Origin: a virus | Lineage: Duplodnaviria; Caudoviricetes | Virus record (IMG/VR): IMGVR_UViG_3300035208_005226 | Location: 1-64,000 of that record | Length of the DNA: 64,000 nt | Strand: one strand, 5' to 3' | In this document: positions 60,768-64,000 of the stretch, piece by piece | Layout of the letters: every line of letters begins with the position of its first letter | Numbering within the stretch: position 1 is the first letter of the stretch | Made by a program: the position numbers and the translations under genes | Notes under the pieces: generated by a model | Databases searched by the model: none | The model's input: only the letters and a program-made list of their open reading frames with translations | What the model was told of the DNA's origin: nothing

Positions 60768-62547
60768 TACATATGCATATTTCAATCTCATGAGATCAGA
60801 ATATGGGAGCGATGGATCTCTTATATGGTCCACAATATATGAGCTCCCGCCGGCATCATTAAGCAGCATAGAGATTGTTACAGACTCGTATGAGGAAAAA
60901 ACAGAATATGGAGCAGAACCAGATATAGTTCCAATGGGAATTAATTCGTGTTCTGCCACAATGTCTGGTCAGTTTATGCGAAAAGTAGCATCTGGTAATA
61001 AACTAAATGCCTCGTATCCATTCCCGGCAGGCAATCTATCTCCCGTAATAGTAAGTTCAGATGATTTGTTTCCATTGTTTGTGGATATAAGCGGGAATAC
61101 TCATGTGTTTGCGATCCAAAGAACTGCTACCGGAACTGGAGGGAGAGATCTTGGAAGCGGAATATGGAGAATAGATAAATTTGTTTTTGATAGAGATTCT
61201 AATAATGCCGGGATATTTAGGTTTAACATGGTGCTTGGGTATGTATGGACTAATCCGCTTGAGCAACAGATATTTTATGGAAATACTGGGGTCAATAAGA
61301 AACAGACATGCAAATTCCAGGCTACAATAACTCCAAGTGATAATGACCAAGATGAATTAAATGCAGTTGAAATATTTAATACTAAGATTACTAAGTCGCT
61401 TTATGTAAAGAATACAGCTAAGTTCGATTACACTGTTAACATATTTAAAAATTCTTTTGTCTTGATTGGAAAGATGGGAGCAACCAGTGATTCAGAATCT
61501 AAAGTCTTTCTCGGAATAGTTACGGATTGCGAAAACAATAGGGATGGCACGTTTACTGTGTCGTGTAAAGAAGTTTGTGACCTGTTATACCGTGGTGTGT
61601 GTAGTCAAGGGGGACTGTTGGGTGCATTATTTCCAAAGGTTATAATTCCAAACCCTGATGCATATACCGCAACAGACTTGACTATAGATCAGATACTAAA
61701 TAAGATTCTCCAATATTATAAGGCTAAAACCGGATATGAGAGATTTGTTCCCGGATATATAGGAAATGATAGAACGCACGGACTCGGTGGATCTATTTAT
61801 CTACCTGGTCATGATTCAGATACAGAATCTCCAATTAAAATCAGTACTCAGGTTATGTCATGTATGAGCGTAGGAACAGCAGTAACTAATTTTCTGTATC
61901 AGCAGTGCGGGTTTAATATATGGTATAACTATAATACAAATGGAACGATAGAATATGGATACATAAGAGATAGAATAACCATCGACATTACAAAGGAGGT
62001 TATTGAAAAGAGTGAATTAATCTCAACAAATAACGAAGAAACTGTTCCGGATGGCGTTATGGTATGGGATTCAGCAGGAGAATATAACGGAAGTTATGGG
62101 GATATAGACATAAATAAACATGTATTGGTTTATGTTATGACCGATAGTAAATTTGATGGGGCGTTAAACGCAATTGCAGAAAGAATATTTAAATTGTATG
62201 ATGGAATTGATTTGTCTAGTTATAGCGTGAGATTTCCGGCTGGAACTGTAAGGTTTAAAGAGGGAGACTATTTTGATGGGCTAGGCGACGAAACAGTATC
62301 CGATAGAATTATGGAATACAGGGAAGGAACCGATGTAGATCCATTGGAAGATCCAACTGATGCAGTATGGCAAATTAAGGAACTCACTATAACTGAACAA
62401 AGTACCACGGTAACTGTTGGAAGCTCGTATGTATCGGTTCTCGACATATATAGAGGGGTACTTAATAAGAATAAAGATGGTATTCCGGCACCAGTTGAAA
62501 ATAAGGTTCTTCAGTCAAAACCGATTGTGGTAGGAAGAGCAACATGA
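60751..62547 (+). CDS. Baseplate hub / tail tip protein (putative)
   Basis: 598 aa; VFLGIVTD...FTVSCKEVCDLL hub-like motif; position. Confidence 0.55.
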   Translation: MTSLSNTYAYFNLMRSEYGSDGSLIWSTIYELPPASLSSIEIVTDSYEEKTEYGAEPDIVPMGINSCSATMSGQFMRKVASGNKLNASYPFPAGNLSPVIVSSDDLFPLFVDISGNTHVFAIQRTATGTGGRDLGSGIWRIDKFVFDRDSNNAGIFRFNMVLGYVWTNPLEQQIFYGNTGVNKKQTCKFQATITPSDNDQDELNAVEIFNTKITKSLYVKNTAKFDYTVNIFKNSFVLIGKMGATSDSESKVFLGIVTDCENNRDGTFTVSCKEVCDLLYRGVCSQGGLLGALFPKVIIPNPDAYTATDLTIDQILNKILQYYKAKTGYERFVPGYIGNDRTHGLGGSIYLPGHDSDTESPIKISTQVMSCMSVGTAVTNFLYQQCGFNIWYNYNTNGTIEYGYIRDRITIDITKEVIEKSELISTNNEETVPDGVMVWDSAGEYNGSYGDIDINKHVLVYVMTDSKFDGALNAIAERIFKLYDGIDLSSYSVRFPAGTVRFKEGDYFDGLGDETVSDRIMEYREGTDVDPLEDPTDAVWQIKELTITEQSTTVTVGSSYVSVLDIYRGVLNKNKDGIPAPVENKVLQSKPIVVGRAT

Positions 62548-64000
62548 GTAATAATGAAGTGGTGTCACTGGATAAGTTTTTTATTGATCCGCTGTGTAAT
62601 GGAACAATTACCATTTCTTCGAGTGTTGCAGAGGTTGTAGATACAGTTGATTATCCGGAGTCAAATAATACTGCTGCTGAGTGTAGTGCGTCATATGGAA
62701 CCGCAATAACAATAACTCCCGGGGGATTGTTTGAGTTTGACTTTGATAGCACAACCACATCATATGGGGATAATTTGGGCATTCTTAAATATATTCCAGC
62801 ATTTTATTCATCCGGATCCATCGTGATTAATGCAATTGTCCAGGAATCTGATGATGAGGACGGAGCCGTTGATTTAACATTTGATGCTATGATGTATGTA
62901 GCGGATGCTGATAAACCAACCTGGTATCCATATAGCTTAGAGTTGGTTACAGATCCGGATGATGTCACTCTTGAACGAATGCCATACCCGATGGACGGAA
63001 TGATAACATCACCAAACGATAATACCAAACATGACAGCATTGGCGAAAATACAAATCTCACACACACGTTTACCATTGGTTCCTGGGTTGGTATGAGACC
63101 AATGGTAGAGTCGTTTAATACAGATGGGATTAAAAGAGGACATCTACCTCCATTGTCGTTTAAAGTTACGTGTAAGAATAACTTGGAGTCTTCTGTTACA
63201 TTTTCAAGTCTTAAAGTCTCAATTTCATTTAATTATGCATCAGACGGAACCTTGATGAATCTGGGAAGTACTGCGGTTGCTGATTTCTGTAAGTTGTATT
63301 GTGATCCTAAATTTATTAATAATGATGAGAAAACCGATCCATCGGACGGCGAAGATAGATATCTTTGGGCAATTGCAGATGGATATTCAAAAGGAGAAAT
63401 TCTTCATGTATTTGGATACTATAGGCAGACTCAGAGTGACAGTACTACAAAGTTAAAATGCGTATATCTGAAGAAAGTAGCTGCAACAGAGGGAACAAAC
63501 CACGCTGCATTTGTTTATAAATCTGACATAGCGGTTAATCCGGTGGATTTTTCTGATAACTATCGCATGGTGTTTAGGGGATTTTACTCCGATGAATATG
63601 CATATGTGGTAACTCCAAAAGTCATTTGTCAAAGTGATAAGTTTAAAGACATAAGCGTAACTTGTATGAAAGAAGTAATATCCGATGATGAGGAAGCAGA
63701 CACGTCATACATTGAATGCTCTCCATCTGATGTCGATGCTATTTTCATGATTGTGGTTAAACTACGGGATGATGATATAGATGAGATTGCAATCGTCGGA
63801 ACAAGACTTGGGGTAACATCTGACGACTTTAATTCCGCTATCAAAACGATAAAGTTTTATGATGTTGATACCGCTTTTGTGCCATATACGGAAAATGAAG
63901 ATGGAACGAATACTGCGATTCAAGTGTTGAGATCCGACATAAATAAAATATTTTATGATACGCTGGCAAAGAGCTTTGAAGAGGATGTAATTTTAGTTTC
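62544..64000 (+). CDS. Tail/baseplate protein, 3'-truncated by window edge
   Basis: Hand translation from ATG 62544 (MSNNEVVSLDKFFIDPLC...) stays open to 64000; absent from the ORF track, presumably because it has no stop. Confidence 0.7.
   Translation, partial: MSNNEVVSLDKFFIDPLCNGTITISSSVAEVVDTVDYPESNNTAAECSASYGTAITITPGGLFEFDFDSTTTSYGDNLGILKYIPAFYSSGSIVINAIVQESDDEDGAVDLTFDAMMYVADADKPTWYPYSLELVTDPDDVTLERMPYPMDGMITSPNDNTKHDSIGENTNLTHTFTIGSWVGMRPMVESFNTDGIKRGHLPPLSFKVTCKNNLESSVTFSSLKVSISFNYASDGTLMNLGSTAVADFCKLYCDPKFINNDEKTDPSDGEDRYLWAIADGYSKGEILHVFGYYRQTQSDSTTKLKCVYLKKVAATEGTNHAAFVYKSDIAVNPVDFSDNYRMVFRGFYSDEYAYVVTPKVICQSDKFKDISVTCMKEVISDDEEADTSYIECSPSDVDAIFMIVVKLRDDDIDEIAIVGTRLGVTSDDFNSAIKTIKFYDVDTAFVPYTENEDGTNTAIQVLRSDINKIFYDTLAKSFEEDVILV

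Noticed and set aside
1-64000. Alternative genetic code (UGA read-through) suggested by the UCA-loop tRNA-like gene
   Set aside because: Conserved genes (PolB, TerL, MCP, TMP) are full length in the standard code, and several genes end in TGA via ATGA overlaps.

Overview
The window is most of the genome of a head-tailed (Caudoviricetes, siphovirus-like) virus of an archaeon, most likely a methanogen. This rests on PolB, an MCM-like ATPase, an ERCC4 nuclease, a histone-fold protein, archaeal-type ThyA, dCTP deaminase and GGAGA/GGTGA ribosome-binding sites; the host assignment is inference. It has two transcription blocks. (i) The minus strand, 39.5 kb down to 4.76 kb, holds cassette-like early genes, a ~1.8 kb non-coding region, dozens of small Cys-rich ORFs, a cluster of degenerate tRNA-like RNAs, and replication/recombination/nucleotide-metabolism genes. 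(ii) The plus strand, 39.7 kb to the window end, is the morphogenesis operon (TerS, TerL, portal, protease/scaffold, MCP, neck, tail tube, chaperones, a 3330-aa tape measure protein, Dit, hub). It appears to continue at 1-4.75 kb with a tail-fibre C-terminus, a LAGLIDADG endonuclease, an exported glycoprotein, a GT2-TPR glycosyltransferase and a holin-like gene. The most unusual observations are: a tape measure protein with an apparently intact DEDDy 3'-5' exonuclease at its N-terminus; six covarying helix-bulge-helix hairpins, five of them overlapping the ribosome-binding sites of early genes; an array of D-armless or mini tRNA-like elements with shrunken anticodon loops; an adenine-depleted DGR-type variable region with no TR or RT in the window; and an atypical viral histone. 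All calls are by eye from motifs and synteny; no searches were run.
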